Origin: an uncultured bacterium
GTDB lineage: Bacteria > Abyssobacteria > SURF-5
Direction: 5' to 3'
DNA length: 64,000 nt
Assembly: GCA_964607485.1 (NCBI GenBank)
Contig: CAZSKP010000015.1
Span: 1 to 64,000 of the forward strand
The notes under the pieces are model-generated. The model ran no database searches and was not told the DNA's origin. It saw only the letters and a list, made by a program, of their open reading frames with translations. Both the position numbers and the translations under genes were made by a program. Position 1 is the first letter of the stretch; every line of letters begins with the position of its first letter. This document shows, one piece after another, positions 46,716 through 57,160 of this stretch.

Positions 46716-49028
46716 CTAATCTCGATAGGCGCCGCGGGTGCGCAGGTAATCTTGCGCGACGAGTATCTCTCTCGCCTGACTGCCCTGAGACGGGCCCACG
46801 ATGCCGTCGAGCTCCATCATGTCTATCAACCGTGCGGCCCGGGCGTAGCCGACGCGGAGTCGCCGCTGTATCATCGAGATGGACGCCTGCTGTGTGTTGA
46901 GAACGAGCCGCACGGCGTCCTCGTAGAGCGGGTCGTCGTGGTCGTCGGTCGCTCTTGAATGACTGCTGACCACCTCGTCGAGCGCTTCCCGTTCCGGGTC
47001 GAGGTATTCGGCCTCTCGTTGGGCCGTCAGGAACTCCACGATGCGGTTTATCTCGTGGTCCGTGATGTACACGCCCTGCGCCCTGATGGGCTTGGACAGG
47101 CCGGCAGGCAAGTACAGGAGGTCGCCGTTGCCTATCAGCTTCTCCGCGCCGTTCATGTCCAGAACCGTCCGCGAATCGACCCGCGAGGACACCTGGAACG
47201 AGATGCGCGCCGGGAAGTTGGCCTTGATGACTCCCGTGATGACATCCACCGAGGGCCGCTGCGTAGCGAGCACGAGATGGATGCCGACCGCCCTCGCCAA
47301 CTGTGCCAGCCGCATGATCGCGTCTTCCACCTCTATCGATGCCACCATCATCAGGTCGGCCAGTTCGTCTATGACGGTCACGATGTAAGGCAGCGGCTGA
47401 AGGAGCTGTTCTCCGAGAAACTCGCTCGAACCCAGCGGGGGAGAGACACCGCCGCTCACCTTCTGGTTGTACGATTCTATATTGCGGGCGCCCGCGCGAG
47501 CGAGCGTCTTGTAGCGGTCCTCCATCTCGTTGACGAGCCAGTGAAGATACTTTCCCGCCTCCTTCGGGTCGGTGATGACGGGCCAGAGCAGGTGCGGGAT
47601 TCCGTTATACGGGCTGAGCTCGACCACTTTCGGGTCTATCATCATGAAGCGTACTTCCTCGGGTGTGCAATTGTAGAGGATGCTGGCGATGAGGGAGTTG
47701 ACGCAGACCGTCTTGCCCGACCCGGTCGCGCCTGCGATGAGCAGGTGCGGCATGCCGGCCAGGTCGGCCACGAGCGGGTCGCCGGTGATCGTCTTCCCGA
47801 GCGAAATCGTGAGCTTCGAGCGCGAGTTGTGGAACTGCTCCGAGTCTATCACCTCGCGCAGGCACACGTCATCGCGCACCTTGTTGGGAACCTCGATGCC
47901 GACCGCGGCCTTGCCGGGAATGGGCGCCTCGATTCGCACGCGGTAGGCCTCGAGTGCGAGCGCGAGGTCGTCGGACAGCGCGAGTATCTTGTTCACCTTG
48001 ATCCCGGGCGCCAGCTTGAGCTCGAAGCGGGTGACGGCCGGGCCGCAGCTTATCTCCACCACCTGCGCCTCGATTCCAAACGTGGCAAGCGTGGATTCGA
48101 GCAGTTCGGACATTTCCGCGAGCGCTTGGCGGCGGTTCCTGTCGTTGCTGGCTTTCGGAGGATCGAGCAGCGACACCGGCGGCAGCTCGAATTCGCCCGC
48201 AGAGCGTCGGGGCGATTTGCTGACTTTCGCGCGGGCCGACGTTCGGCTTTTCAAGAGCTTCTTCGCAATGCTCGTTACCGGCTTCGCTCGTTTCGGCTCA
48301 TTGATCTTGACTTCCTCGCGCTGGAGACCCTCCTGTGCAGCCGCGTCGCCTCTCTTTATGACGTATTCCCCCTTCTTGGTCATCTTCGGCGGCTTCTTCT
48401 TCAGCGCGATTGACAGGCCGCCGGGCAGTTTGGCATTGCCCGTGATGCCTTCATAGGCGAATCGGCCGACCTTCATAAGCATGGTAACCGACACCGCCCC
48501 CGCGATGGCCGCGAACGAAAAGAAGAGGAATTCGGTTGTAAGCAGAATGGATATCATGAAGAAGGTGAAGGCTACGACGCGGGCGCCTATCAGGCCGAAC
48601 AGCCCCGCGAGGGCGTCGGAAACGTAGGGACCCATGACGCCCCCCGCGCTGAAGTAGCTCCCGGCGACCGTGAAATCGAACATGTGGGCGAGGCCGCTGA
48701 CCGAAAGCAGCATCGTCACTAAGCCTATCAGCTTGAGGTAGATATCCTTGCCGGTCTTGCCCCAGAACGTGTTCCATGCCCATACCAGGAGGACGAGCGG
48801 AAGCAGATAGGCCGCTATTCCCACCGAGAACAACAGGCCCTCGGCCACGTTCGCGCCGACGACGCCGATCATGTTTTGCGCGGGCATATTGGGCGCGGAG
48901 GTGCGTGCGGACGTGTCCAGCGGGTTATACGACGCCAGACTCAGAAAGATCATTAACGCGAGACAGAGCAGCAGGAACCCCAATATCTCGCTTTTCAGGT
49001 TCGTCCTCAGCTTGGCCAGCGTTTGCAT
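46716..49028 (-). CDS. ftsK: DNA translocase FtsK/SpoIIIE
   Basis: N-terminal 4TM region, PHLLIAGATGSGKT, IDELADLMM, ATQRPS and gamma domain VGYARAARLID. Confidence 0.97.
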   Translation of the reverse strand: MQTLAKLRTNLKSEILGFLLLCLALMIFLSLASYNPLDTSARTSAPNMPAQNMIGVVGANVAEGLLFSVGIAAYLLPLVLLVWAWNTFWGKTGKDIYLKLIGLVTMLLSVSGLAHMFDFTVAGSYFSAGGVMGPYVSDALAGLFGLIGARVVAFTFFMISILLTTEFLFFSFAAIAGAVSVTMLMKVGRFAYEGITGNAKLPGGLSIALKKKPPKMTKKGEYVIKRGDAAAQEGLQREEVKINEPKRAKPVTSIAKKLLKSRTSARAKVSKSPRRSAGEFELPPVSLLDPPKASNDRNRRQALAEMSELLESTLATFGIEAQVVEISCGPAVTRFELKLAPGIKVNKILALSDDLALALEAYRVRIEAPIPGKAAVGIEVPNKVRDDVCLREVIDSEQFHNSRSKLTISLGKTITGDPLVADLAGMPHLLIAGATGSGKTVCVNSLIASILYNCTPEEVRFMMIDPKVVELSPYNGIPHLLWPVITDPKEAGKYLHWLVNEMEDRYKTLARAGARNIESYNQKVSGGVSPPLGSSEFLGEQLLQPLPYIVTVIDELADLMMVASIEVEDAIMRLAQLARAVGIHLVLATQRPSVDVITGVIKANFPARISFQVSSRVDSRTVLDMNGAEKLIGNGDLLYLPAGLSKPIRAQGVYITDHEINRIVEFLTAQREAEYLDPEREALDEVVSSHSRATDDHDDPLYEDAVRLVLNTQQASISMIQRRLRVGYARAARLIDMMELDGIVGPSQGSQAREILVAQDYLRTRGAYRD

Positions 49029-49160
49029 GCGCCGATCACCCCTTTTTCACGCGTCCGTACCGGATTTCGTACTAGGAAACATAATAGCACAATATAATGA
49101 GGTATGTCAAGGGAAATGGGCGCTAAAATGCGACATCTTGCGGTGTCAAGAGGCAGACCG

Positions 49161-49604
49161 TCAGACGCCCGTGTGGCCGAAGCCGCCGGGACCGCGGGGG
49201 GTGGGGTCGAGGTCGGATGTCTCCTCGAGGGCGACCGGGGCGACGGGGGCTATTATCAACTGCGCGATGCGGTCGCCGCGCTTGAGCGTGACCGGCTCGC
49301 GGCCGAGGTTGACGAGAATGACCTTGAGCTCGCCCCGGTAATCGGCGTCGATTGTGCCGGGCGCGTTGATAATGGTGAGTCCGTGGTTGGCCGCCAGCCC
49401 GCTCCGGGGACGCACCTGGCCTTCATAGCCGGGCGGGATGGCGAAGGCGAAGCCGGTCGGGACGAGCCCGGTCGAGCCGGGGGATATGCTGAGCGGCCCG
49501 TCGAGCGCCGCCATGAGGTCCAGCCCGGAGCTGTGTTCGCTCATCTTCTTCGGGAGCGGCAGGTCGGGATTATGCGGAAGTCGTTTTATTTTGACGGTAA
49601 CCAT
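49161..49604 (-). CDS. dut: dUTP diphosphatase
   Basis: [26 protein letters not shown] and [10 protein letters not shown]. Confidence 0.97.
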   Translation of the reverse strand: MVTVKIKRLPHNPDLPLPKKMSEHSSGLDLMAALDGPLSISPGSTGLVPTGFAFAIPPGYEGQVRPRSGLAANHGLTIINAPGTIDADYRGELKVILVNLGREPVTLKRGDRIAQLIIAPVAPVALEETSDLDPTPRGPGGFGHTGV

Positions 49605-49621
49605 GTCCGCAAAATTGGGTT

Positions 49622-49733
49622 AAAAGGGGAAAAGGGGAAAAACAACGACTCCGCAACTGAACATCATGAATCCCGAACTCTAAACCCTAAATCAATATCC
49701 CCTTTCGCCCTTCGCCTTGCTCCTTTCGCCTTT
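49622..49733. repeat. Short 7-8-mer tandem repeats in the intergenic spacer
   Basis: AAAAGGGG twice; GAACTCT-AAACCCT; CCTTTCG-CCCTTCG-CCTTGCT-CCTTTCG-CCTTTC. Confidence 0.55.
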
Positions 49734-50972
49734 CTAAAGCTCCCGGAGGTCGAGCTTCTTGAGTGGGCCGAGGGCGACCACGTTGAGGACCTCATCCCGG
49801 AACAGTTCATGCGCGAGGTCTCTGATCTCGTCCGCGGTCACACTATCGATCTTGCGCATGATGGTCTGCAGGCCCTCGACGCGGTCGAGCGCGAGTATCG
49901 AACGCGCCAGGCGCATCATGCGTCCCGACGTGCTTTCCAGCGACAGCACGATGTTGCCCTTGAGCTGTTCCTTTGCGCTCCTGAGCTCGTCGTCGGGGAC
50001 CTTTCTCCTTTTCATTCTCGCCATCTCATCGAGGATGATATCAGAGGCCTTCTGCGTCTGCTTGGGGTTGAGCGCGGCGTACACGCCCAGCAGGCCCGTG
50101 TTTTCGTAGGAACTCAGAAACGTGTTGATCTGGTATGCCAGCCCCTCGTCCTCTCTCACGCGCTGATAGAGTCTCGAGGTCGAAGAGCCGCCGAGGATGT
50201 TGGAGAGCAGGTTGAACGAATAGCGCTTGTCGTCGCTCGCGCTCACCCCGGGCACGCCGAGACAGAGGTGCACCTGCCCGATCCGACGGTGGAATATCCT
50301 GTTGGCCGCCCGCACCTTGGGCGGCGGGTAAGCGTGCCGATTGTCCGATCCCCTCAGCCCGCCGAAGTGCTTTTCGCAGAGTTTTGTGAGCGATTCATCT
50401 TTGAAGTGGCCGGCGGCTGCGATGAGCACGTTTGAGGGGACATACCAGCGATGGTAGTAATCCCTCACGACTCGCCGGTTCAGCCTGGACAGCGCGCGCT
50501 TTGAGCCCGTTATCGGAAAGCCGAGGGAATGTCTCCGCCACATGACCGAAGAGAGCAGGTCCACCACGTGTTCTTCAGGCGCGTCTATGTAAGATTGAAT
50601 CTCTTCGGCGACGACGGCCTTTTCTTTTTCGAGGTCGCGGAACGTGGAATTGAGCAACACATCGGCCAGAATCTCCACGGCCACGTCGATGTGCGTATCG
50701 AGGATTTTGGCGTACAGACACGTGTACTCGCGGCTGGTAAAGGCGTTGGCCGAGCCCCCCATGCCCTCGAGCAGCTCCATTATCTGGCGTGCGGTGCGGG
50801 TCTTTGTTCCCTTGAAGAACAGGTGCTCGAGCAGATGCGAGACCCCGTTGACCTCCGGGGTCTCGTTCACCGACCCCGCCCGGATCCATACACCGAGCGT
50901 CGCCGATTTGAAATGGGGTAGCCGCTCCGTTACGAGTTCGATTTTATTTGAGAGGCGGTGTCGTCTCAGCAA
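49734..50972 (-). CDS. M16 family zinc peptidase
   Basis: HLLEHLFFKGT (HxxEH), NAFTSRE and SSTSRLYQRVRE; conserved pnp-M16-dut synteny. Confidence 0.93.
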   Translation of the reverse strand: MLRRHRLSNKIELVTERLPHFKSATLGVWIRAGSVNETPEVNGVSHLLEHLFFKGTKTRTARQIMELLEGMGGSANAFTSREYTCLYAKILDTHIDVAVEILADVLLNSTFRDLEKEKAVVAEEIQSYIDAPEEHVVDLLSSVMWRRHSLGFPITGSKRALSRLNRRVVRDYYHRWYVPSNVLIAAAGHFKDESLTKLCEKHFGGLRGSDNRHAYPPPKVRAANRIFHRRIGQVHLCLGVPGVSASDDKRYSFNLLSNILGGSSTSRLYQRVREDEGLAYQINTFLSSYENTGLLGVYAALNPKQTQKASDIILDEMARMKRRKVPDDELRSAKEQLKGNIVLSLESTSGRMMRLARSILALDRVEGLQTIMRKIDSVTADEIRDLAHELFRDEVLNVVALGPLKKLDLREL

Positions 50973-50975
50973 TTC

Positions 50976-53084
50976 TCAATTTCCTGCGCCCACTTCTTTG
51001 TCGGCGGCCCGCTTGCTCAGGTTGATGCGGTTCTGTCGGTCTATCTCGATACACTTGACCGTCACGGTGTCGCCCTCTCTCAGGACGTCTTCGACCCGGC
51101 GGACGCGATGGTCGCTGAGCTCCGAGATGTGGACGAGGCCCTCCTTGCCGGGCAGAATCTCGACGAAAGCGCCGAATTTGAGAACGCGCTTGACCTTGCC
51201 GGTGTATATCTTGCCCACCTCGGCGTCCTCGACCAGTGCGCGTATCGTGTTGTACGCTTTCTCGCCCGCCTCCGAGTTCACGGCGGCGATGAGCACGCGC
51301 CCGTCGTCCTCCACGTTTATCTCAGCTCCGGTTTCGGCCACGATGCCGCGAATCACGCGTCCTCCCGGCCCGATGACGTCGCGAATCTTCTCGGGGTCAA
51401 TGCGCATGTGGATTATCTTCGGGGCGTGCTTGGATATCTCGGCTCTCGGCGCCGCTATGGCCTCGAGCATTTTTTCGAGGATGAAGTTGCGGCCCTCGCG
51501 AGCCTGCTCGAGCGCCCGGGAGAGAATTTCCAGGTCGAGGCCCTCCGTCTTTATGTCGAGTTGAAAGCCGGTGATCCCGTTCTTGCTGCCGGCGACCTTG
51601 AAGTCCATGTCGCCGAGGTAGTCTTCGATTCCCAGGATGTCGCTCAAGATGACGGCCTCGCCGCCTTCCTGCACCAGCCCCATCGCGATCCCGGCGACGG
51701 GCGCCTTGATGGCGACGCCGGCGTCCATAAGCGACAACGTAGCGCCGCAGACGGTCGCCATGGACGAGGAACCGTTGGATTCGAGGATGTCCGACACCAC
51801 GCGAATGGTATATGGAAATTCCTCGAACGAGGGCATCATGCTGACGAGCGAGCGTTCGGCGAGCGCGCCGTGGCCTATCTCGCGTCGTCCGGGGCCCCGG
51901 ATGGGTCGTACCTCGCCGACGCTGTACGGCGGGAAATTGTAGTGGAGCATGAACGTCTTCTTGTATTCGCCGAAAAGCGAATCCATTATTTGCTCGTCGG
52001 TCGAGGTACCGAGCGTCGTCGCGACGAGGGCCTGAGTTTCTCCCCGCGTAAACAGCGACGAGCCGTGCACCCTCGGGAGCAGTCCGATCTCGCAACTTAT
52101 CGGCCGGATCTCTTTCGGCCCTCGGCCGTCGGCCCTCAGTTTGTCTTTCAGTATCATGTTGCGGAGCAACTTCTTTTCGAGGCTGCCGAAAGCGGCTTTG
52201 ATTTGGGCGACTTCCTCTTCTTTGGCGTCGGGAAAGCGCTTCATGGTCTCTTCGAGCAGATGGTCGGTTTGTTCGCGGCGCTTGAGCTTATCGGCAACCC
52301 TGAATATTTCCATAAGCTTGGCGCTCGCGGATGACTCGACTTGCGCGATGATGTTCGCGTCGAGAACCACCTGCGGCGCAGGCAGCTTGAACTTGCCGCA
52401 GCGCGCCACCAGTTCCTCCTGCATCTTGATCGTGTCCTTGAGCATCTGATGGCCGAATTCGAGAGCGGCGATCATCGTCTCTTCATTGACTTCCTTGGCG
52501 CCTCCCTCGACCATCATTATTGCGTTCTTCGTGCCCGCAATCACGAGGTCGATGTCGCTCAGTTCGAGGTCTTTATAACTTGGGTTGACGACAAATTCGC
52601 CGTTGATTCTTCCCACTCTGACCGCGCCGATTATCTTCGTGAAGGGAATCTGCGAGATGGCCAGGGCCGCCGAAGCGCCTATTATCGACAACACGTCGGG
52701 GTCGTTTTCCTGGTCGTGCGAAATGACGGTCGCCATTATCTGCGTTTCGTTGAAGTAGCCGTCGGGGAACAGCGGTCTCAACGGCCTGTCGATGAGCCTG
52801 GAGGTCAGCGTCTCCTTCTCGCTGGGTCTTCCTTCTCGTTTGAAGAATCCGCCCGGAATCTTTCCCGCGGCGTACGTCTTCTCTCGATAATCGACGGTAA
52901 GCGGCAGGAAATCGATTCCCTCGCGGATGTCGGATGAAGCCACGGCGGTCACCAGGACGGCGGTATCGGCGTAAAATACACATGCGGCGCCATCGGCCTG
53001 CTTAGCCATGTGGCCGGTTTCAATTACCAGGTTGTGCCTTCCAAGCTTGGTTTCTACTTTCTCAATCATTACCGGTTTCTCCAT
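50976..53084 (-). CDS. pnp: Polyribonucleotide nucleotidyltransferase
   Basis: FLPLTVDY, RLIDRPLRP, RREIGHG, SNGSSS and GDMDFK, plus KH and S1 domains. Confidence 0.98.
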   Translation of the reverse strand: MEKPVMIEKVETKLGRHNLVIETGHMAKQADGAACVFYADTAVLVTAVASSDIREGIDFLPLTVDYREKTYAAGKIPGGFFKREGRPSEKETLTSRLIDRPLRPLFPDGYFNETQIMATVISHDQENDPDVLSIIGASAALAISQIPFTKIIGAVRVGRINGEFVVNPSYKDLELSDIDLVIAGTKNAIMMVEGGAKEVNEETMIAALEFGHQMLKDTIKMQEELVARCGKFKLPAPQVVLDANIIAQVESSASAKLMEIFRVADKLKRREQTDHLLEETMKRFPDAKEEEVAQIKAAFGSLEKKLLRNMILKDKLRADGRGPKEIRPISCEIGLLPRVHGSSLFTRGETQALVATTLGTSTDEQIMDSLFGEYKKTFMLHYNFPPYSVGEVRPIRGPGRREIGHGALAERSLVSMMPSFEEFPYTIRVVSDILESNGSSSMATVCGATLSLMDAGVAIKAPVAGIAMGLVQEGGEAVILSDILGIEDYLGDMDFKVAGSKNGITGFQLDIKTEGLDLEILSRALEQAREGRNFILEKMLEAIAAPRAEISKHAPKIIHMRIDPEKIRDVIGPGGRVIRGIVAETGAEINVEDDGRVLIAAVNSEAGEKAYNTIRALVEDAEVGKIYTGKVKRVLKFGAFVEILPGKEGLVHISELSDHRVRRVEDVLREGDTVTVKCIEIDRQNRINLSKRAADKEVGAGN

Positions 53085-53191
53085 TCTCAGTTCGGGTCAT
53101 ATTTATCTAAAGTCCGCATTGGACATGTTTCCCTTCCGGGCGGAATCGTTGCGTTTTCCTCGGCATGGATATGGCGGCGGAACGGGTCATG

Positions 53192-53461
53192 CTATTTCCG
53201 GAGGCCGAGGTCGCCGATGATTTTGCGGTAGCGTTCAATATCTTTTTGCTTCAGGTAGTTCAGAAGGCTGCGCCTTCGTCCGACCATCTTCAACAGGCCG
53301 CGGCGCGAATGGTGGTCCTTCTTGTGCGTCTCGAAGTGGTTGGTCAGCCCGTTAATGCGTTCGGTGAGCAGGGCGATCTGGACTTCCGGCGAGCCGGTGT
53401 CGCCGTCGTGAACTCGGTACTTGTTGATAATCCTGTGTTTTTCCTCTTTGGTGATCGTCAT
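53192..53461 (-). CDS. rpsO: 30S ribosomal protein S15
   Basis: [13 protein letters not shown] and [20 protein letters not shown] before ATG 53461. Confidence 0.98.
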   Translation of the reverse strand: MTITKEEKHRIINKYRVHDGDTGSPEVQIALLTERINGLTNHFETHKKDHHSRRGLLKMVGRRRSLLNYLKQKDIERYRKIIGDLGLRK

Positions 53462-53484
53462 CGATGTTTCTCCTCCTTTTTGGT

Positions 53485-53541
53485 GGTTTATCCCCATTCC
53501 CAAGTGTGGCGTCGGAGTGTCGCCGACCTAGTGAATGGTTC
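53485..53541 (-). ncRNA. Putative S15 (rpsO) autoregulatory leader
   Basis: Minus strand AACCATTC...GGCGACACTCCGACGCC...GAATGGGGATAAA: nested stems directly upstream of the rpsO SD. It resembles the Firmicutes-type S15 leader (from recall). Confidence 0.65.
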
Positions 53542-53560
53542 CGAAGCTGCTCCGAGCGGG

Positions 53561-54745
53561 CTATCGATCGGTGAGAGCCTCGATTCCGGGGAGTTTCTTG
53601 CCCTCCAGAATCTCGAGCGATGCGCCGCCGCCCGTGGAAATGTGAGACATTTTGCCGGACAGGCCGAATTGAGTTATGGCAGCGGCGGTGTCTCCCCCTC
53701 CTATGACAGAGGTGGCATCGGAATCGGCCACGTACTGCGCAATCCTTCGTGTCCCCTCTGCAAACGGCTTCATCTCGAACGCGCCGAGCGGCCCGTTCCA
53801 CACAACGGTTGCGGCGGCGTCGAGTTCGCGGCAAAACAGGTCGATGGTCTTCGGCCCAATGTCGAGCCCCATCCATCCAGCGTCGATGTCTTCTCCTTCC
53901 GTCACTTTGACGTTGGCGTTCTCGCTAAACTTTTCTGCGATTACATTATCGACAGGCAAGATGAACGCCTTCTTGAGACGCTTCGCCTTGTCTAAGGCCT
54001 CGCGGGCGACATCCATCTTGTCTTCTTCGAAAAGCGAATTTCCTATCGAGTGGCCCCGCGTTCGAAGGAACGTGTACGCCATGCCTCCGCCGATAAGAAA
54101 CTTGTCGGCTTTGTCCATCAGGCTGTTTATCGCTCCGATCTTGTCCGATACCTTCGCGCCTCCGAGTATCGTCACGAACGGCCTGACGGGACTGTTGAGC
54201 ACCCTCGAGAAATATTCGATCTCCTTCCCCATGAGGAGGCCCGCCACCGATTTGTCAACGAACCTGGTGATGCCCTCGGTCGAGGCGTGGGCGCGGTGGG
54301 CGGTCCCGAAGGCGTCGTTGACGTATATGTCGGCCAGCTTGGCCAACGCTTTGGCAAAATATTCGTCGTTCGCCTCTTCCTGCTCGTGGAAACGCAGGTT
54401 CTCGAGCAGAACGACGTCGCCCGGCTTCATGCCGGATACGGCTTTCTCGACGTCCTCTCCCACGCAGTCATCGACCTTCAGCACGGGCCTGCCCAGCAGT
54501 TCGCTCAGCCGCTTCGCCACGGGGTTCATCCGGAGTTTTTCCACCACCTTGCCCTTGGGACGGCCGAGATGGGACGCGAGTATGGCTTTTCCGTTGCGGT
54601 CGATGACGTAGCGTATCGTCGGGATGGTCTTGGATATCCGCGTGTCGTCCGAGACGCTCCCGTTCTCCAGGGGAACATTGAAATCGACGCGGATGAAGAC
54701 CCTCTTGCCGTCGAGCGGAACATCTTTTATGGTAAGCTTGTTCAT
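53561..54745 (-). CDS. pgk: Phosphoglycerate kinase
   Basis: RVDFNVP, SHLGRP, LENLRF, NDAFGTAHRAHAS, GGGDT and STGGGASLE. Confidence 0.98.
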   Translation of the reverse strand: MNKLTIKDVPLDGKRVFIRVDFNVPLENGSVSDDTRISKTIPTIRYVIDRNGKAILASHLGRPKGKVVEKLRMNPVAKRLSELLGRPVLKVDDCVGEDVEKAVSGMKPGDVVLLENLRFHEQEEANDEYFAKALAKLADIYVNDAFGTAHRAHASTEGITRFVDKSVAGLLMGKEIEYFSRVLNSPVRPFVTILGGAKVSDKIGAINSLMDKADKFLIGGGMAYTFLRTRGHSIGNSLFEEDKMDVAREALDKAKRLKKAFILPVDNVIAEKFSENANVKVTEGEDIDAGWMGLDIGPKTIDLFCRELDAAATVVWNGPLGAFEMKPFAEGTRRIAQYVADSDATSVIGGGDTAAAITQFGLSGKMSHISTGGGASLEILEGKKLPGIEALTDR

Positions 54746-54766
54746 TGACAGCTTTCACGTCATGCG

Positions 54767-55765
54767 CTAGCCGGCCATTCTTATAATCAGATCCACGCAG
54801 CGCTTCGAGTAGCCCCATTCGTTGTCGTACCAGGACACGACCTTGAACATCTTCGAGCCCATGGTCATGGTGAGTTGGGCGTCGAAAATGGACGAGTGCG
54901 GGTTTCCTATTATGTCGACCGACACCACCGGGTCCTCGCAGTATTCTATGATGCCCTTGTGCGTCGTCTCGGCCGCCTTCTTCATCACCCGGTTTATCGC
55001 ATCCACCGACACATCCTTTTTCGCTATCGCGACAAGGTCCGTCACCGAGGCGTCCTGAACGGGCACACGGAGCGCCATTCCGTCCAGCTTGCCGTTGAGC
55101 TCGGGAATCACCTTGCCCACCGCCTTGGCCGCGCCCGTAGTCGTGGGCACGATGGAAACGGCTGCCGAGCGTGCCCGCCTGAGGTCCTTGTGCGGCGCGT
55201 CAACAAGCCGCTGGTCGGCGGTGTATGCGTGCACCGTCGTTATCAGTCCCCACTCTATCGTGAACGCCTTGTTCAGCACATTCGCCATCGGGGCCAGACA
55301 GTTGGTCGTGCACGACGCGTTGGAAACGATTGTATGCTCCGGCTTCAGCGCGACATCGTTCGCTCCGAGCACTATCATCGCGTCCACGTCGCCCTTCGGA
55401 GGAACGGTCAGCAGAACCTTCTTGGCGCCCGCCTTGACATGCTTTGCGCAGTCGTCGCGCTTGCGAAAGATGCCCGTGGATTCCACAACGACTTTTACAT
55501 CAAGGTCCTTCCACGGCAGTTTCGCCGGGTCGCGCTCGGCCAGCACCTTCACCTGCTTCTTGCCCACGACCAGTGCGCCGTCCTTGACTGAGACCTGTTC
55601 CGGGAACCGACGGTGGGTGGAATCGTATTTAAGAAGATGGGCCAGTGTAGAGGCATCGGTGATATCGTTGACGGCAACCACTTCGATTTCGGGGTGTTCG
55701 CGCGTGGCCCGATAAACCATGCGCCCTATTCGTCCAAATCCGTTGATTCCGACTCTGATGGCCAT
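54767..55765 (-). CDS. gap: Type I glyceraldehyde-3-phosphate dehydrogenase
   Basis: GINGFGRIG, SNASCTTNCLAP and WYDNEWGYS; start ATG 55765. Confidence 0.98.
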   Translation of the reverse strand: MAIRVGINGFGRIGRMVYRATREHPEIEVVAVNDITDASTLAHLLKYDSTHRRFPEQVSVKDGALVVGKKQVKVLAERDPAKLPWKDLDVKVVVESTGIFRKRDDCAKHVKAGAKKVLLTVPPKGDVDAMIVLGANDVALKPEHTIVSNASCTTNCLAPMANVLNKAFTIEWGLITTVHAYTADQRLVDAPHKDLRRARSAAVSIVPTTTGAAKAVGKVIPELNGKLDGMALRVPVQDASVTDLVAIAKKDVSVDAINRVMKKAAETTHKGIIEYCEDPVVSVDIIGNPHSSIFDAQLTMTMGSKMFKVVSWYDNEWGYSKRCVDLIIRMAG

Positions 55766-55953
55766 CTTTTCCCCTTTCACTAGGTTTTTTCTGCCCATAA
55801 ACCTTCTAATATATCCAGCAATTATGTCACAAATGAAAAGAGAAGTCAATCGCCCCGGCGTGGGGGTTCAGCGGCGCTTCGGCGGAGTTGCTTCCTCAAA
55901 CGAAGAGTGTTGCGGTTTCCTGCGATGGCCTGCGAAGGTGTAGGGAGATGATT

Positions 55954-56361
55954 TCAGCGGCGTCGTTGCGAGCCGGCCTGCAGCCGTCTGTTCATCATGG
56001 CGACCCGGCCCGCCATGGCCCATGAGCCGGCGGTTATGCCCGTGTGGGCGTGAGGCGCCTCGGATTTCTGTTCCGATTCCATGGCAATTGCGATGGCGGC
56101 TCCTATGACGGCGACCATTTCTTCCTCGCCCGCCTCCCGCTCGTGTATTTCGGCCAGGCCGGCGGCCGGCGTTTCCACTTTATGTTTTTGCGCGCCTCTC
56201 GCCTCCTGCCGTGCGACGATTCGTGAGACGATCGCGCCGAGCAGTTGCATCGCGATCAGCAAAATCGCGAGCACGATGAACACTCCCACAAACCGAATGA
56301 GCAGGGTGCTCATTATGAAGCCCCACGGCAGCTCGACGGCTCTTTGGATCAGCTCTTGCAC
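55954..56361 (-). CDS. OadG/GcdD/MmdD-like decarboxylase gamma/delta subunit
   Basis: Single TM with GVFIVLAIL, a linker, EEMVAVIGAAI, and C-terminal SWAMAGR..M; SD GAGGT before GTG 56361. Confidence 0.78.
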   Translation of the reverse strand: MQELIQRAVELPWGFIMSTLLIRFVGVFIVLAILLIAMQLLGAIVSRIVARQEARGAQKHKVETPAAGLAEIHEREAGEEEMVAVIGAAIAIAMESEQKSEAPHAHTGITAGSWAMAGRVAMMNRRLQAGSQRRR

Positions 56362-56536
56362 GGGCACCTCGCGCGTACGCGTCAAGAAGCGCGGTTTTCA
56401 CACATTTGCGCCAACGACGCCTATTATACAAATTCTGGGGAAAAAATCAACTCGACGGCGGCAGGTCGGGGAAATTAAGCAATACAAAAGATACATTCGC
56501 GGGAGGCATTGGAGCGACGAGAGGACATCTTCTTCC

Positions 56537-57160
56537 TTATTTCTGTTCGTCCAGCTTGACGCGGGTGCTGATGAACACGTGGTCGTCCTCTATCGAGTAG
56601 GCGAGACCGGTCTGCTGACAGATGCGCGTTATGATGGTCCTGAGCGGCAGCGGGTTGTCTGTCCTGATGCTGACTTCCGAATCCAGCAGGCCCTTGGATT
56701 CGGCGAGCACCGTCTCATCCACTATGATGTTCACATCGGTCAAGAATGTAAGCGACTTGGCGACGTTGCGGACGTCCTCCTCCGAGAAATCCACCTGAAC
56801 CAGTTGATTCAGCTTCTGGTAAAACTTGTCCTGGGCCTCGCCCTTGTCCTTTATCTCTTCGATGACTTTCTTGCAGCACTCTATCGATTCATCCACCATG
56901 CGATCGATGCCGTGTGGACGCTCGTCGGGCAGGTTGGGATAATCTTTCCAGATGTTCTCGTACCCGCGGAGCGCCTCTCTGTACTTCCGCAGCGCGAGCG
57001 CGTAGTCCTTTCCCTCGAGCGCTTCCGCAGCCTGTTCCTCTATGGGTTTCACCTCGTGCAGAAACACGAACAGCGCGGATTTTTGAATCTCGAACGCCCC
57101 GACCTCGACCGAGGTCATGCACGACAACAGGACGATGAGAAGCAACGTCGCTCGCTTCAT
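56537..57160 (-). CDS. Exported protein: helical (TPR-like) domain plus secretin/TonB N-terminal (STN-like) domain
   Basis: Signal peptide; KDYALALRKYREAL helix pair; C-terminal VDF...VNIIVD...PLRTII..I..GLAYSIEDDHVFIS pattern. Confidence 0.6.
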   Translation of the reverse strand: MKRATLLLIVLLSCMTSVEVGAFEIQKSALFVFLHEVKPIEEQAAEALEGKDYALALRKYREALRGYENIWKDYPNLPDERPHGIDRMVDESIECCKKVIEEIKDKGEAQDKFYQKLNQLVQVDFSEEDVRNVAKSLTFLTDVNIIVDETVLAESKGLLDSEVSIRTDNPLPLRTIITRICQQTGLAYSIEDDHVFISTRVKLDEQK

